DNA from: Iphione sp. A-MEVVRFRX5
Lineage: Eukaryota
Reading direction: 5' to 3'
NCBI GenBank assembly: GCA_976226885.1
Contig: OZ320314.1
Coordinates: 31,000,001-31,064,000 of the forward strand
Length of the DNA stretch: 64,000 nucleotides
The notes under the pieces were generated by a model. The model was not told the DNA's origin, made no database searches, and worked only from the letters and a program-made list of their open reading frames with translations. The first letter of the stretch is position 1; each line of letters opens with the position of its first letter. Below are positions 51,201 through 64,000 of the stretch, piece after piece. Made by a program: the position numbers and the translations under genes.

Positions 51201-53132
51201 AATTAGTAGGTTCTCGGCAAATTAAACTGGATGACGTTTGTCTCTTCCACTACAATCATAACTAAATGGACTTTTACGCTTCAGATTGATGGTATTCATG
51301 GATGTTTTTAATAATGCAATGCACGTCCAGTGCTCAAGGGAAAATTACTATAGTAGAAATGTATAGTACGTCATCAAACTGAATGATATCACAGCACACT
51401 AAATGCTCTCGGAGATTCGTTTATTAAAGAGAACTCCATATTAAAGAATCGATAGAAACTCTTGTTATATGACCAGGAAAGTGCTGCCACCTGACGATTA
51501 TTGAGAGTATTAACCAAGAGACTGTAGGTGTGCTTCCCTTCACGGCAGGCCGTAGCACTTCTTGTAGTGTGTAAAACTGTATATGATTTATATAAGTGGT
51601 TGACGTTTTTTAAGCTTTGAAGCGGCGCCGACCACATGTAGTAAATCGGTGCCTTAAAAAAACAATGACAGCCAGCAGTTTACGTTCCACCAGGTCTATA
51701 GCAGAAATCTTAAATACACAAATAAAACGCCACTGCTCCCTCTTGCAGTGTATTCAAGTGCTGGCTATGAAAATATTATTTGTACAGTCAATGCATTATC
51801 TAGCCATAAATTCGTTTTAAGACAAACGAGTTGAAAAAACATGGCTACACATTTGCTTGCATGTAAAAAAAAGCATTTAAACTGTATGATAGACTCAATG
51901 CTTCAGGTCCGGCTTTTGCAATCGGCAGTTTCCCTACCCAGGGCCTTAAGAAGAACGAATTTCCCCGGACATTTGCTATCTATGTATAAAGCCTCTTTGA
52001 TTTGCTCCATCTTAGGCGGCGGGTAGTAAATAACATACAAACACCCAGTAGCATCCCAACATACAGTACGTTACACAGCATGCTTTGTGGTCTGTCAGTT
52101 AAATTATAATCGGTATATGGCAGGGCATGGGGAGTTATCATGCGACTAAGGCAAACGAAATTTTTGAACCTGGTTGACCTGTGTAAATCAACATACATAT
52201 ACATATAAATTAACAAATTACTTTGATGATTTACTATTTTTTTAAACTAATATTTTATGGGAGGTTTTGGAGTATAATTACCGTCTTAAATCGTAAACTA
52301 TACACTAAGTCCTCTTTGATGTTGTTTCCTGTAGATGTTTGTAGCATTGGTTCAGCTATATCCAAAATGTCTACACAGACCTGTATGATTTAACTCTATG
52401 CAGCTAATGTATCCCTGTGCGGCTTGGACATTTTCCACATTTTGCTTACGTTTTTATTGCTGGAACCAATAAAACCATCAAAACTTTGTTAGCCGCTGCC
52501 CACCTTTCGTTGTTCAACAAGGATCTAGGAAATGCTAATTAGTCGCTTCAACTTTTCAGGAGAAGAGAAGCTGCATAGTATCGAAGGCTCCCAGTACTAG
52601 ATCTATTCCGGTGGGCCCTCACTTTTGATTTTAATTGGTATGTCAGCTCCGTGCTATCATGTGGGGAAGGCTGACTGCCGTCCTTTGTTTTCCTGGGAGA
52701 GCAAGGAAAAGATATAACCTGGGAGAGCAAGGAAAGGATATTATGACACCTTCACTAAGACTTACTGACATATGACCACTTGATTGTACTAGTAGTACAA
52801 ACAATACCTACGTACAACAGATGTATCCACATTATCTTATTTCCGCATCGCTGAAGATGGCTCCCTGCGTGTTATGTAAGAGGCACATGTGCGTTCGAGA
52901 GCACGGCCAAATGTACTGTCACCAACATGTGGCCTTCACTTAAAACATCTTTTTGAAAGACCCCCCGTAATAAAATGTGCATTGTGAATTTTCTACCCGA
53001 GGGAACAGGGTTACGTTTGTATTTAATGTAATCCACGTGAAATTGTAATGGCATATTGGCCTAAAGGTAAGTTTTGTTAAAGGTATGTTCTGATAAAGAT
53101 ATGTTTTGCTGCATGATCGTGTAAAACCTCTT

Positions 53133-53174
53133 GATCCTCTGAAGAAGACAACCTACATGTCGAAACGTTGGGAG
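53133..53174 (+). ncRNA. Minimal type I hammerhead ribozyme of Penelope-like retroelement type
   Basis: The core CTGAAGA (53139-53145) is followed by stem II GAC-loop-GTC and GAAA (53162-53165). Then come the palindromic stem III ACGT, a GUU cleavage triplet and stem I TCCT/GGGA. AATAAA lies downstream, and AAAACCTCTTG is directly repeated at ~53123 and ~53245. Confidence 0.6.
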
Positions 53175-53929
53175 TTTTACGCCGAATAAACAACTCTTAT
53201 TACATACTGACCTCCAAGAGTTTTGATTTACCCCTGAATATATAAAACCTCTTGTTATTTAACTGAGTAATGGGTCTGTAATCACACCGTATTGGCGTTT
53301 TCCGTGTCACAAAAAAGGACGGGACAGATTGATCAACACTCTTTCATTAAGTGGCGTTTTATGTCTGAGCTCCTCCTTTAAAAACGCTTAACAATTTTCC
53401 AAAGAGTGGTATTTGAGGATTTAAAAAGCCACCCTTCCACTTCGCGGGGCACTTTGATGGCAATGGGAGCAGAAACCCTATTGGAACCGACACTCGGTGG
53501 GGACACTGCAAAATTCGTTCATGCGTTTCATTCGAATGTCCTTCCACGTCTTTAACGTTTAAACAGAATTGTAAAGGTCCGGGATCTAATCCATTAGAGT
53601 GACGTCGTCATGTGTTGTTAAGATAGCTGTGTACACGTGTGTGTCTCAGGAAAGAGCCTTTTGTTCAATAGTTAACTATGAGGCCTCCACTCAGAGCTCT
53701 ATCTTGAGCAGCATTGTTATGTCTAGCCTTTCCCAAGCAGATTGTTTTAGCGTAGCTCTTGTCGTAGACACGGGATGCTCAAATATACATACCGTTGCAA
53801 ACATAATACCTACAGTTATATAAAACCTGAATGATCCTATTTTCTTACACATCTAGAGGGGTAGATTGTAAGTTCGATAATGGAAACTAGATCTCATAGA
53901 ATGGTGCGAATGGCATCATCCTTGACGAA

Positions 53930-54700
53930 GGACATAATTATCGTGTGACATGAATAACGGAAGGTACATAGCATGTACTTTATATGTCAAAAGTTTTGGT
54001 GGAAATGTTGGTTATAAGGAGTCTGTGTTAGCATGGTTGCAGTCATACTTGTCTGACCAGCAGGAAGCTGTACAGTGTACTGCTCATCAATAAGACAAGT
54101 GCATCATGGAGTCCCTCAGGGCTACATTCTTGGTCCTTGGTTCTTCTTAATCCTGGTAAATGATATCATCGCCTGTGAATTTCCATCAAAACTAATTCTA
54201 TATGCAGATGACTTGACTATCTACAGTTGGGGTGCTAACACATTAGCTGTGGCTAAGAAGGCACAATTCACTCTTAACAAAGTGGTGCAGTGGTGTATGC
54301 AAAATGGCATGGCATTAAATGTCAGCAAGTGTAAACATCTATGCTTTGGCTGCACACTACCTTTCAAGCTTGACCTTGAATGGTGGTAAAATTGGTAAGG
54401 TATCAGAGTTTTCGTTTTGGGGTTATGCCCTTGATGAAAGATTATCTTTCAGGCAGGCAAAATTAAAAAGGATAAATTCAGTTGTATATATACTTGCCAG
54501 GGTGAAGCCCAGCCTTGATGTGGAAATCTGCTTGTTGTTATTCAATGCCTCTATCCTGTCTAGAATTGACTTTGGATTGGCCTTTGAGACAGGGGCCAGC
54601 ACATCAGTGCTGGACATACTAAATCGTTGCCGATTAGATCTGCACAGAGATGTCTATTTGGCAAGTGGATGTCATTTAGGAGAACAAATATTAGGCTGAG
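53930..54700 (+). pseudogene. LINE reverse transcriptase pseudogene (L2/Crack/CR1 group)
   Basis: VLAWLQSYLSDQQEAV, GVPQGYILGPWFFLILVND, LILYADDLTI, WCMQNGMALNVSKCK, and after a frameshift GYALDERLSF..LLFNASILSRIDFG. Confidence 0.9.
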
Positions 54701-55039
54701 AGGTAAAACCATAATGATGTTGCATGATCGAATGACCTACTATTTATTGCTGTGTTTTCATGACATGTTTTTTGCTGGAATCTACAGGGTGAACAACATC
54801 AGCAGGACTGGGGGGGGCAGACACTCAGGGTTGTGCTGCCTAAACCTACTACAAGCACCTACCAGAAAGGATTCCACTAATAAAGTGCCAAGTGATGGAA
54901 CAGCCTCGACGCAGGGACAAGGAATAAGAGAATAACCACTGTTTAAGAGAAAGCTTTGTCGAATCTGACTAAATTAAGCTAACTGGCAAAATGTCTGATC
55001 AAAGTATTCATCGAAGGACAAATGTCATTATGTAAAATG

Positions 55040-55800
55040 TTGTTAAATTAATAATCAAGAAGCCACTGGATGGATGTAACTGTTGAATGCCCTTTGGAAA
55101 TCATCCAATTGCATGGTGACGTCGATTTGCCCAATAAAAAGATTTGACTTGACTTCTTGCAATAAAACCCAAAGCCAATTGTGAAGCATGGACGCGAGAG
55201 GAGGCTGCCCTTGTTGATCGGGATTGGGGAAAGCTGCAGTCACGAAGGACATATACGAACAACGCGATTTGCATATTTAAACAAAATTGCGGGTGTTATC
55301 GAACGTGATTCATATATACTGCAGTCCTGCAATGCGGCATTTTAGGCATTCTACATTCAGTGGTATTTGGAGAAATGATGTAGTAGATTTCCGCATTAAT
55401 GCGGGTAAAACCGCCATCTATGCTCGCAATGCACTGTGGCATTTCCTTTATTCACGAATGCTACTCCGTTCGTCTAAGCTTTTGTTTCCCAAGGGAAAGA
55501 GCTCATTTCTGATGAAATTCCGTTAGAGGTCCTCCTTGAACTGTGAAGCTTGTAATGTAATAGGACACTTTTTAGGACATTTTAAGATTTCCTTGAAATT
55601 AACCTTTGTCGTGAGAGAGGTAATTATTTTGAGACAGAGGGGAAAAAGCCCATTGTTGTTAAATCCTCACTGCAAAGAGTGATTTAAAGCGATTTCCAAA
55701 GCAGGCAACAAAAGGCACGGTGGCTACCTCCAAACATAAATGTATAATGAGATAACAGCGGACTTCGAAGTCAGTAAACTATTACTCACGCTATTTCTTT
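55040..55800 (-). pseudogene. Degenerate PIF/Harbinger (HARBI1-like) DDE transposase
   Basis: CLEVAT..FKSLFAV (cf. LxxLAT..LFGV), MPQCIASIDG at 55442-55413 (cf. FPxCIGAIDG) and YMNH..LNMQIA (cf. YxNRK..SINxQ), in order. Stops are present. Confidence 0.55.
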
Positions 55801-58800
55801 TAGCATTAAAGCCTACGTTCGGTCACAATTACTATGATAGAGACAAAGAATGGCCCATGGCGCAACTAGCTGACCAGTGATCAGTGGCTGAGTAGCTCTA
55901 ACCCTGGCTAATAAAGTATTTCATTTGACTCGCCTGGTATATAAAACATTGCAGTTCGCACATGTTCTGCCTGAAGGGAGCAACGGAATGCGCATCAAGA
56001 GTGCCAATCGTACCTTCAGGTTGCTACCTTGGAATTATCATACTTAGAAATGAATGTTTTATTTTCATGCAGGATCTCGGTCACTTCATTCACTGCTCAT
56101 TCAAACTCCGGCTAAAACCTGTTCTTAATACTTAATACTATTTTCCTCATTGATTTGAAGCCTGGAAAGAAAACTGACAAATATTGACGTTCCGGGTGGT
56201 AAGAACATGCTAAGAGAATAAGGTTAAAAATCGGGGGGGGGGGAGTGGTAGACCACAACATGGCAGCTTATGGATCGAAGTCTGAGCTCGACAACAGTGT
56301 TCCGATGTGTGGGTTGGACGGCCAGGAGGAGCGATCCGGGAGCCCCTCATCTGTGTGCACCCCTGTACCTCCCGGCCTATCGGCTCCCGGGGAAGGGCAC
56401 AGTTCAATAGTCCCGTGTAGACATCTCGGAGCCAGTCTGCCGAGGAAACCCCAGGCAACGTACACATTCACGTACAAACCGAGGACCAGTGTCAACTAAT
56501 TTTACAACCGTTCGGTGGTGAATGGGATTATCTATACAGCTTTACCTCATTATGAATCAACTGCTCTGTATTATCTTCCAAATAGAATAGAATCAGTGGC
56601 CTTCGCCTAAAATTGAGCACAAATTTACATTTCTATAAGGCGAGATAAATCCTAAGAGGGTCCTGCTCTAGAAATGCATCGCTATTTACCAACATTAGGC
56701 ATTATCTACAAAGTTGCAAGGGCCCCGGTTTAATTTTGCTGCCCATGGGAAACAGGCATTGCTAGTTACCATCTATCCGGTCCGAGCTGAAACCAGTCCT
56801 CCAATTCTTTAGGTCACTGTGTGCTTGGCGTCTTGCAGCAAAAGATATATTGCCTAGCAGGAACCGTCCATGTCCCCATTTTTTCCTGCGGTTTCCTGGC
56901 AGTATATGTGCTACATGACGCGAGAAGGGAAATGTCGAGATTGGTCTCGCGAGATTGATGCAGATTGCCGAAGAGGGAGCGGGTCACATGATTGATTTGC
57001 TAGGCGACAGGAGGGGCTACGAGGTTGGTCGGAGTGTCGTCGTAAGTACCATTATAGCCGGAAAACATTTTTTTTGCGCAGGCAGGTGTTTTTCCCATGC
57101 CTCATAGAACGATGCTTTAGGGACAGTTGGTCGTGAGAACAAATAGAATTGGTTTTTAAAGTTTGTCATCCTTGGGTCATATTGGAGATTAAACAGGGAC
57201 ACCAGAGAGAAAGCTATGGACCCAAAAAGAAGTCATTAGTTGCAATGTCGCGCGGGCGTGCAATATATCATTACCAAAGAGCCAGCCTACTGCTAGTCAC
57301 AGAGGAACTCGCGATGTTATCAAGAAACTCCATCTGGCGAGAGCTGCTCGCTCAATGTCAGGAGGGCGAGCAAAATCAAATACGATAACCTTACATTTCT
57401 CCTTCGCCCTACGTCCCCTGAGTCCCTGTGCTCATTGTAAGAACTGTGACTCGGGTCATCGGTCTATTACCTACGGGCAACGGCAACGACAACAAATGCT
57501 ATGAAATAGCATGTTGTTAGGAAGCCTGACAGCCTCTGAATGAGGAAATCACAAGACACATGCTAGAACATAAGATAAGCTCGTTATAGAAATAAATCTC
57601 AGCAGCCATACATTTCGGTGGCTGATGGAATGAAGTTATCTCTGCTAATTACGTAGATCCCCAGGAGAAAAGGCAATATATTGTAATGGTCTTCACGAGA
57701 GAACTTCGAGAGTCTAAGGGAGATGAATAGACACAAGTGAGAAGGGGACGGAGGGATAAAGCCTTTTTCTTGCCCCAGGAAAGCAGCAGAAGTGATGCAA
57801 GCAGAGGCCATTATAGTTGCAAACTGGATTTAATGCCATACATAAAACAAGGCCACACAAAGAGAGCTTGATTGCAAATAAGGGCATGGTGGAAGTGAGA
57901 AGTGTGCTTTTCTGCTGTCTTTACCGAATATGTGTTAGATGCACGAATGAGCGTTTGTAATACAAATTCTCGAAAAGTATCGGGGAAATGTACTACAAAA
58001 GAAAAAAATTGTAAGTCAATTATACATTTAACTATTCTTTTTGCTCGACGGATCACATTTAGACATCCACATACTTCTCTAACAAGGGCGACATCCATCT
58101 CCACATTATTTACGAGGTAACAAGTTTGCCGTCACTTTCACTTCGTTCAATTTGCAGTGGAAATCTGTGAGCGTCTTTCTAGACTGAGTTGCTGTTCCTA
58201 ACGAGTGTTTTCGCTTGAAACAGTCGCAAACATGAGTATTTGATGAGGAAAGAGGAGGTGCTCCTAGTTCGCCTGACAGAGAAATGATATCTGTATGCGT
58301 TTGGAGAAAGTTTGGATACGATAGCACACATTGTTAGGAGGGATACTGAACACGTGTCCTGTTCCCTATACACGCAATACTTCACTGTTAGAGGGTTTCA
58401 ATTTACTACCCAGGTAGAATACAAAATGCATTTTCAAGACGTTTGAAATGGAGGACAGCTTGCATCAAGCGACGTATGGAGCGATGCAAGTCTTCATTTC
58501 ACTTCTTCACACGGAATTACCGAACGTGAGGATAGTTGGGAACGTATCCGAAAAAATGATATGACAAACGATGTTATAAAATTATGTTGAATCACTAAAA
58601 GTAACCGTATGTGCGATATTAACAATCTTTGGTACTAACCTGTGTCCGAGACGATTTCCACCCCATGCATGTTAATAGTTACGTTAACCCCAACGAAGCC
58701 TTGTAATAAAGGTCTTTGGCTTGATGAATTTGCATGTGCTGTAGAGAGCAGGAGCCAGCTGTGTGGACGCATATATAGCTATCGACACAGTGAGGTGGTT

Positions 58801-58974
58801 TTCAACAACCTCTCCAATGAAAACATCAATAGGTGCGTGAAGTGACAGCCTGCTCGTTGTAATCGAGTGAAGAGGTGTGTATGCAGCAACTGTTTGGGTA
58901 ACAACAGGAGGAAAAAGACACGCTCTAATTGAGGAGGACTAGATGGGAAACTCAGCAATAATGATAGTCTACTG

Positions 58975-59021
58975 TTAGGCCTCTTCAACGAATGTCTGTT
59001 TCCGGTAACCTGACCAACCCT
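58975..59021 (+). mobile_element. Second copy of the TTAGGCC..TTTCCGGTAACC transposon terminus
   Basis: ATGTCTGTTTCCGGTAACCTGACCAACCCT matches the reverse complement of 16281-16312. Confidence 0.55.
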
Positions 59022-62000
59022 GACTTTTGTGCCAATTGAAATTTAGGTCTTTTATTATTTTGTGAATATTTTCAGACTGGATGATGTAGTGGACTCCCGC
59101 TAGCCATCGTTTTGTTGGTCACATAATTAGCTTTGACATGATATTAACTTTATAGAGATGCATATAGGAGAAGTGATAGTACCACGACTCTCAGTAGTGT
59201 CTAGCATGTTCAATGGAAAAAGGTTTATAACCACCGAACGGTTGATCGTCTACTTTTTCAGCTTGTTACCGGGAAAAAAACATTTCTTTTATACCGTGGT
59301 GGAATCTCGCATTAATCTACGCCGCAAAATTAGACCCAAGGACAAATAAAAATATACCTAAAAGCAGGTAAATCATGAGCGCGTGCATTTATTATTTGTC
59401 CGACTGTAATAATAACCGAGGGAAGATCGATGCGAGCCGCTGTATTTTAAAAGTAAAGGGAAACTCCTGTACTTGGGATACTCATGAAGGTTGAAGGCGC
59501 TGACTTTATGTTCTCTCCCTGAAACCCACACTCTAGGGCAGTGGTCACGTGATGATAGACGACCATCATGGCGGACATCGTGGTGGAGGCCTTTCCTCCA
59601 CGGCCAGATCAGCTAGATGAATTTATATGCATGTAAAAGTATATTCGCTCTCTCGGTAAGTTCTGTCGCAAAGTTGTCCTTTGCAGCCTGAATCCAATAA
59701 CTTTAACGCAGTTGGCGAGTTGTCTAGGGTTCTCTTGTACACACGAAACTGGTTTCTACCACAATATTAAGACAGGACCACCACGTAGTGGCGATCCAAG
59801 CATGGAAACGCCTTTCTCTGGACCGCACGATGCCGCGTCGAGTCCTGCGAAATGATTGTACTTGCTTGGATAGCCACTGTAAAATGTGCTCTTGTCTTTA
59901 TTCAATCCATACTGATGAATATTTGGGGTTGATTCTACTTTCTGAAGTGTTTCTTGTAAATTATTTCAGCATTTCCACTCACAAACAGGATTGTGGAATT
60001 TCAGTCCGCTGCACATGCCCGAAATGACCCGCTGAGGATGAGCACTCAACAAAAAAGTTGACTTCCCGTTTGGGCGAGCACAACACTCTATGCAAATACC
60101 GTTTGCTTTAATAGAAATACACTTCCAAATGGCTTGGGCTAGTCAATAAGGTGTGTATATCTTTAATTTATGTTATTTTATTCAGTATTTCACTGCAATA
60201 TGTCTATTTTCATCATAATGCTTTGTTCAAAAATGAAATGGACAAAATACCACCGTTTGGGAAAAGAATGGAATGCATTTCACCTTTGACCCCATACCAC
60301 AGTTGTGGGGTACACATTCACAGAAAAGCAGAGTATGGACGGGCGGTATTGTGACGTGCATACCGCATGAGTGGGGAATAAGTAGAGGTATCCTTCAGCC
60401 TTTCACAGTGTTGATCGATCACTGACTGTCTCAGGATCTCAATAAACAAGATTTCAGTGCTATATGTGGGACATGTCAAGAGAGTATATACCGTAGCAGT
60501 CATATGCTGGTTACTGATGGAACAATGCTGAACGTATACGCCACTTAACACTGGACTTCCGCATTTTATCGGCCACTGTTGTGGGTACATTCATCGGAAA
60601 GATTGCTTTTGTTTGGCCTTTGTGATGGTCGGTACTGTAGCTTTGATGGCGGCATTCATGGACTTGGAGCAACCCGTGTTTCCTAGAATGCTGGTAGCCA
60701 TGGCGCCTACACATGCAGTAAGTCTTGTCCTGATACGATCTCATCTCTCCTTTTACGACGATGGTGAAACCATCCCACTCTCCCGTTATCCGGCAGGGTG
60801 GATTGAGTAGTGTCCTCTCCATGAATGTAAAAATGTACCCGGGATGAAAGTAACATAAGTGCGAAATTGATGCGTTACTGATTTCGTTTTTCGTTAACCG
60901 ATAGGGGACGATACTTGATTATATACTCCGTGGATATCCCCTTGTCGTCTTCTCTATTCTCACGATTTCTGTCACCAAGCGCAAAATATACAAGGGTTTG
61001 ACTGGTATTGGTGATGATGATAGGATAGTTGGCAGTGGCAAGAGATTTGGAATGACAGATATGTTAATTTCAACATGTTTGGCGATGTAAATTTGACGTC
61101 CAATGAAGGGTCAATTGACGAATCGCTGAGGCGAAAATATGCGTGCAAAAAGCAGTTAGACTAAGCGACGTTGCGTCGCAGAAAACGACGTCTGTACCTT
61201 CCCAGTCTTCGCCATTGCTGACCATGTCAGCCCCCACCATGCACCGGCTTCCCCGAGGTCAAACGTTCATGAAAACGAAGTTCACACATCACATGGCGTC
61301 TCCAAAAACTCGAAGATTTTCAGTTGTAAATAACAATGGATGTCATATAATAATGTCACATGAGGGATATGGTATACATTTATCTCCCAACCTGATGTTT
61401 CATCTATATGTAAAGCAGAACTTTCACGAATATTGGAATCAATAAAGTTCTCTCGTATGTTCTCCATAGGTCTTGGTAACTGGATCATATGCACTGCACT
61501 GAATGTGGGGAGGGACACTACTATGATGTCCAGAATTGCACTCAATAGCATTTGGCCAGCTCTTTTACCGATCTGCCTGTAAAGACCAGTGAAGCCTCCA
61601 CACTCTCCTGTGTTATCAGGTCGGAGGAATCGAGTAGTGTCCTCTCCATAGTGTCCTCTAACTTGGTAAGAATTAGAACTAATTCTGCAGTTCTTATGTT
61701 CCAAATTTGAAACGTCCGGCGATGTCTTTAGTATCAGAATTAATATAGAACTTATATTGGAGGGTTTGTATATATATTTATATACCGGTTTATATATACC
61801 GGTATCTATTCTTGTACGTAGATCGACTCATTGTATTTTGCCTCTTCGATGTTATAATCGATACTTACATCCGATTCAGTGATTCAGGTGAGACCATTTA
61901 TGTATCAATTATTCTCCAAATATTTTTATACATACATGTAATATATACGAAAATTTAACCCAGACTACTGTAAATATATGTTACCGGAATGTTTTCCCAG

Positions 62001-62599
62001 TTAAACAGAAGAAACAACCCCCACACACCAAAAAAAAACGTTTTAGGGTAAATAAGAGACGACCGTGTCTGCGTGTAGGAGGGCAGTCATAACGCCACAC
62101 TCCGTCCCTTCTTGGCGGCCCCGATATGGAATCTCGATTGGAATAATGACCCCGAAATCTAGTTACCGAGGTGCGGCAGTAAAGGTATCCTGAGGTTCTC
62201 CCAGTGGTGGGACTGTAATAACCAGGAAGTCACAAGGAGACGACATCGCGTCCGATGTTGGCTTCTCCTCCCTAGAAATTCAGTATATGGCTGATACATT
62301 GGTTGTAGTTTTTTTGTGAAGACCACTCGATGCGGAACAATACATGCACTGGAACGTCGGATGCAATGTGTATTTTTAGCCTAGCTTGTTATTCAGGACG
62401 TTTTACAGTGGACTTCTCTATCGCTGCCTGGCTGGCTATTGTTCTACATAAATGGACCCTGACTGGATTATAGACCGTACGCAGTAGCACGTTCCACTAA
62501 TAGAATCCAACAAAGCTGTCTCCTGTGCATCATGCATGGTGTGAATCTGGTACAAAATGGAATGCTCATGGATGACGTTTTGTTTCTGCAAAATACTTA

Positions 62600-62777
62600 C
62601 AGTGGAACCCCTACTTCTGATCATCCCTTGGGTTCCACCAAAAGTGGTCATATTGGCGAATATGATTGCAAATTCCGCATTTTTGATATAACAAATCAGG
62701 ATCTCTGTTCCACACTGAAGTGGTCAACTGGGGAAAATGGCTGGGAAAAGGAATCGTCAGAAATAGAGGTTCCACTG
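62600..62777. mobile_element. Tc1/mariner-type MITE (178 bp), TA TSD
   Basis: TA|CAGTGGAACCCCTACTTCTGA ... TCAGAAATAGAGGTTCCACTG|TA. Confidence 0.88.
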
Positions 62778-64000
62778 TACATAAATGGCTAGTCCAATGC
62801 ATTACATGGGTGGAGTTTTCTAGTGTTTTTGGTCCTTTTTTGGCCATCTTAAAATGATTTTCCTTTAAGGTAATTCAATATTGAAATTGAATACAGAAAT
62901 ATAGCCAAAATATCCTCGATAGGGTAGTAAAACTGTCATATCTCCCATACCTGGGCCCTCCATTCATCTGTAGTAGCTTAATATCGACCTGTCGAAAGCA
63001 CCTGATAGCTGGCTTACAGGTGGATGGCGCGCTGGCTGTTCAAATAATCAGCTATGAGTGGTTTCGTTATTTCCCCATCGGATGCACAGTTGGATATAGC
63101 ATTTCATCCCCAGTTTATTATGGTACATGGACGAGGCTGGTTCAAAGCGAAAAATCGCATCCAGAATCGGTCCCGGAGTACTGATGTGACTTTGGGACAT
63201 TTGAAGCAGATTAAATTTAAGGCATATTTGGGAGATTGGTAGTGGTTGGTGGGGTTTTAATGATTGGGTACTGCTATGTACCTTGTGCCCCCCAAAACAG
63301 CTGCTTTTCTGGTTATTTTTTGCCACAAGCAAACTTTGTGTGGCAAAAGACCTTTGAGGATATTACAGACATAGGAACAGTGTTGGTCAGTTCTGTCGGA
63401 AAGAGTTTAATGTAGCAGTACAACATATAAAACTGCTGGTTATTTCACGGTAGCTTTCTGAATGGGCACTTTTGCAAGCACATGATGTACGGGCTGAATT
63501 CGGCATTGAATGCATTATTCATGGCGATCAGAATTGGCGATTTTAGAGAAGTTTAACGACCGTAGAATACCTTACATAGAATGCTTTGTTTTTAACCGGT
63601 CGTCCTATTTCCTAATTTGACTCGCAGATTGGATAGAACTCTATAAGATCGGCATGGTTCACGGGCCTCTTGGGGTCTATCCATCATTTCATGCAATCTA
63701 CTAAAATATGCAAACACTGCATTCTTCTATCGAGGTAAAGCGGGTTATAGACATTTCATGTCTATTCCTAAATGTCTGGTTCATAAATACCAAACTGACC
63801 TGATCCTTACGATTGATAAGCTCCACAATGTTGGTGCGTTATGATTACAGCAGAAAAAAGTCCATAAACAGAAAAATCTCTAGAGACGGATTAAAGTGAA
63901 ATACTTTTTTTAACAGAGTTTGTTGATTTAGGGAAAGAGAAGTTAGGACTTAATGAAATTAACCAATTGCAATTCAAATATAGACTGGTGACTCCATAAT

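Noticed and set aside
57365-57389. VIVFDFAR, resembling the Walker B motif of CRESS-virus Rep
   Set aside because: No Walker A, motif C or HUH motifs occur nearby.
63054-63330. WFKA..AYLG resembling LINE RT subdomains 6-7
   Set aside because: Only two short partial motifs are present, with no YADD upstream. Too weak to call.

Overview
This is eukaryotic (animal-like) genomic DNA, roughly 40% GC by eye. It has microsatellites, a GT-AG intron and many decayed transposable elements; the repeat types suggest a marine invertebrate (inference). I see no prokaryotic operons, rRNA, tRNA or CRISPR array, and no host gene I can recognise. The only intact protein-coding gene is a two-exon DUF3504/Crypton-type tyrosine recombinase (join 29798..30188,30284..31464; 523 aa). 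It sits in a ~2.46 kb element (~29500-31965) with an unusual end architecture. There is a 129-bp hairpin with a GAA loop on the left, an internal lox-like arm-spacer-arm site, and matching half-site arms at both termini. This candidate autonomous Crypton and its three-site/hairpin arrangement are the most interesting system here. Around it are a second, heavily decayed DUF3504 recombinase (~24.8-25.5 kb, minus), LINE remnants, PIF/Harbinger pieces, several CAGT..ACTG/TA MITEs, a Penelope-type minimal hammerhead ribozyme (~53.14 kb), RFX X-box motifs and tandem repeats. All family assignments come from motif recognition by eye, not database searches. Most short ORFs in the supplied track are spurious.
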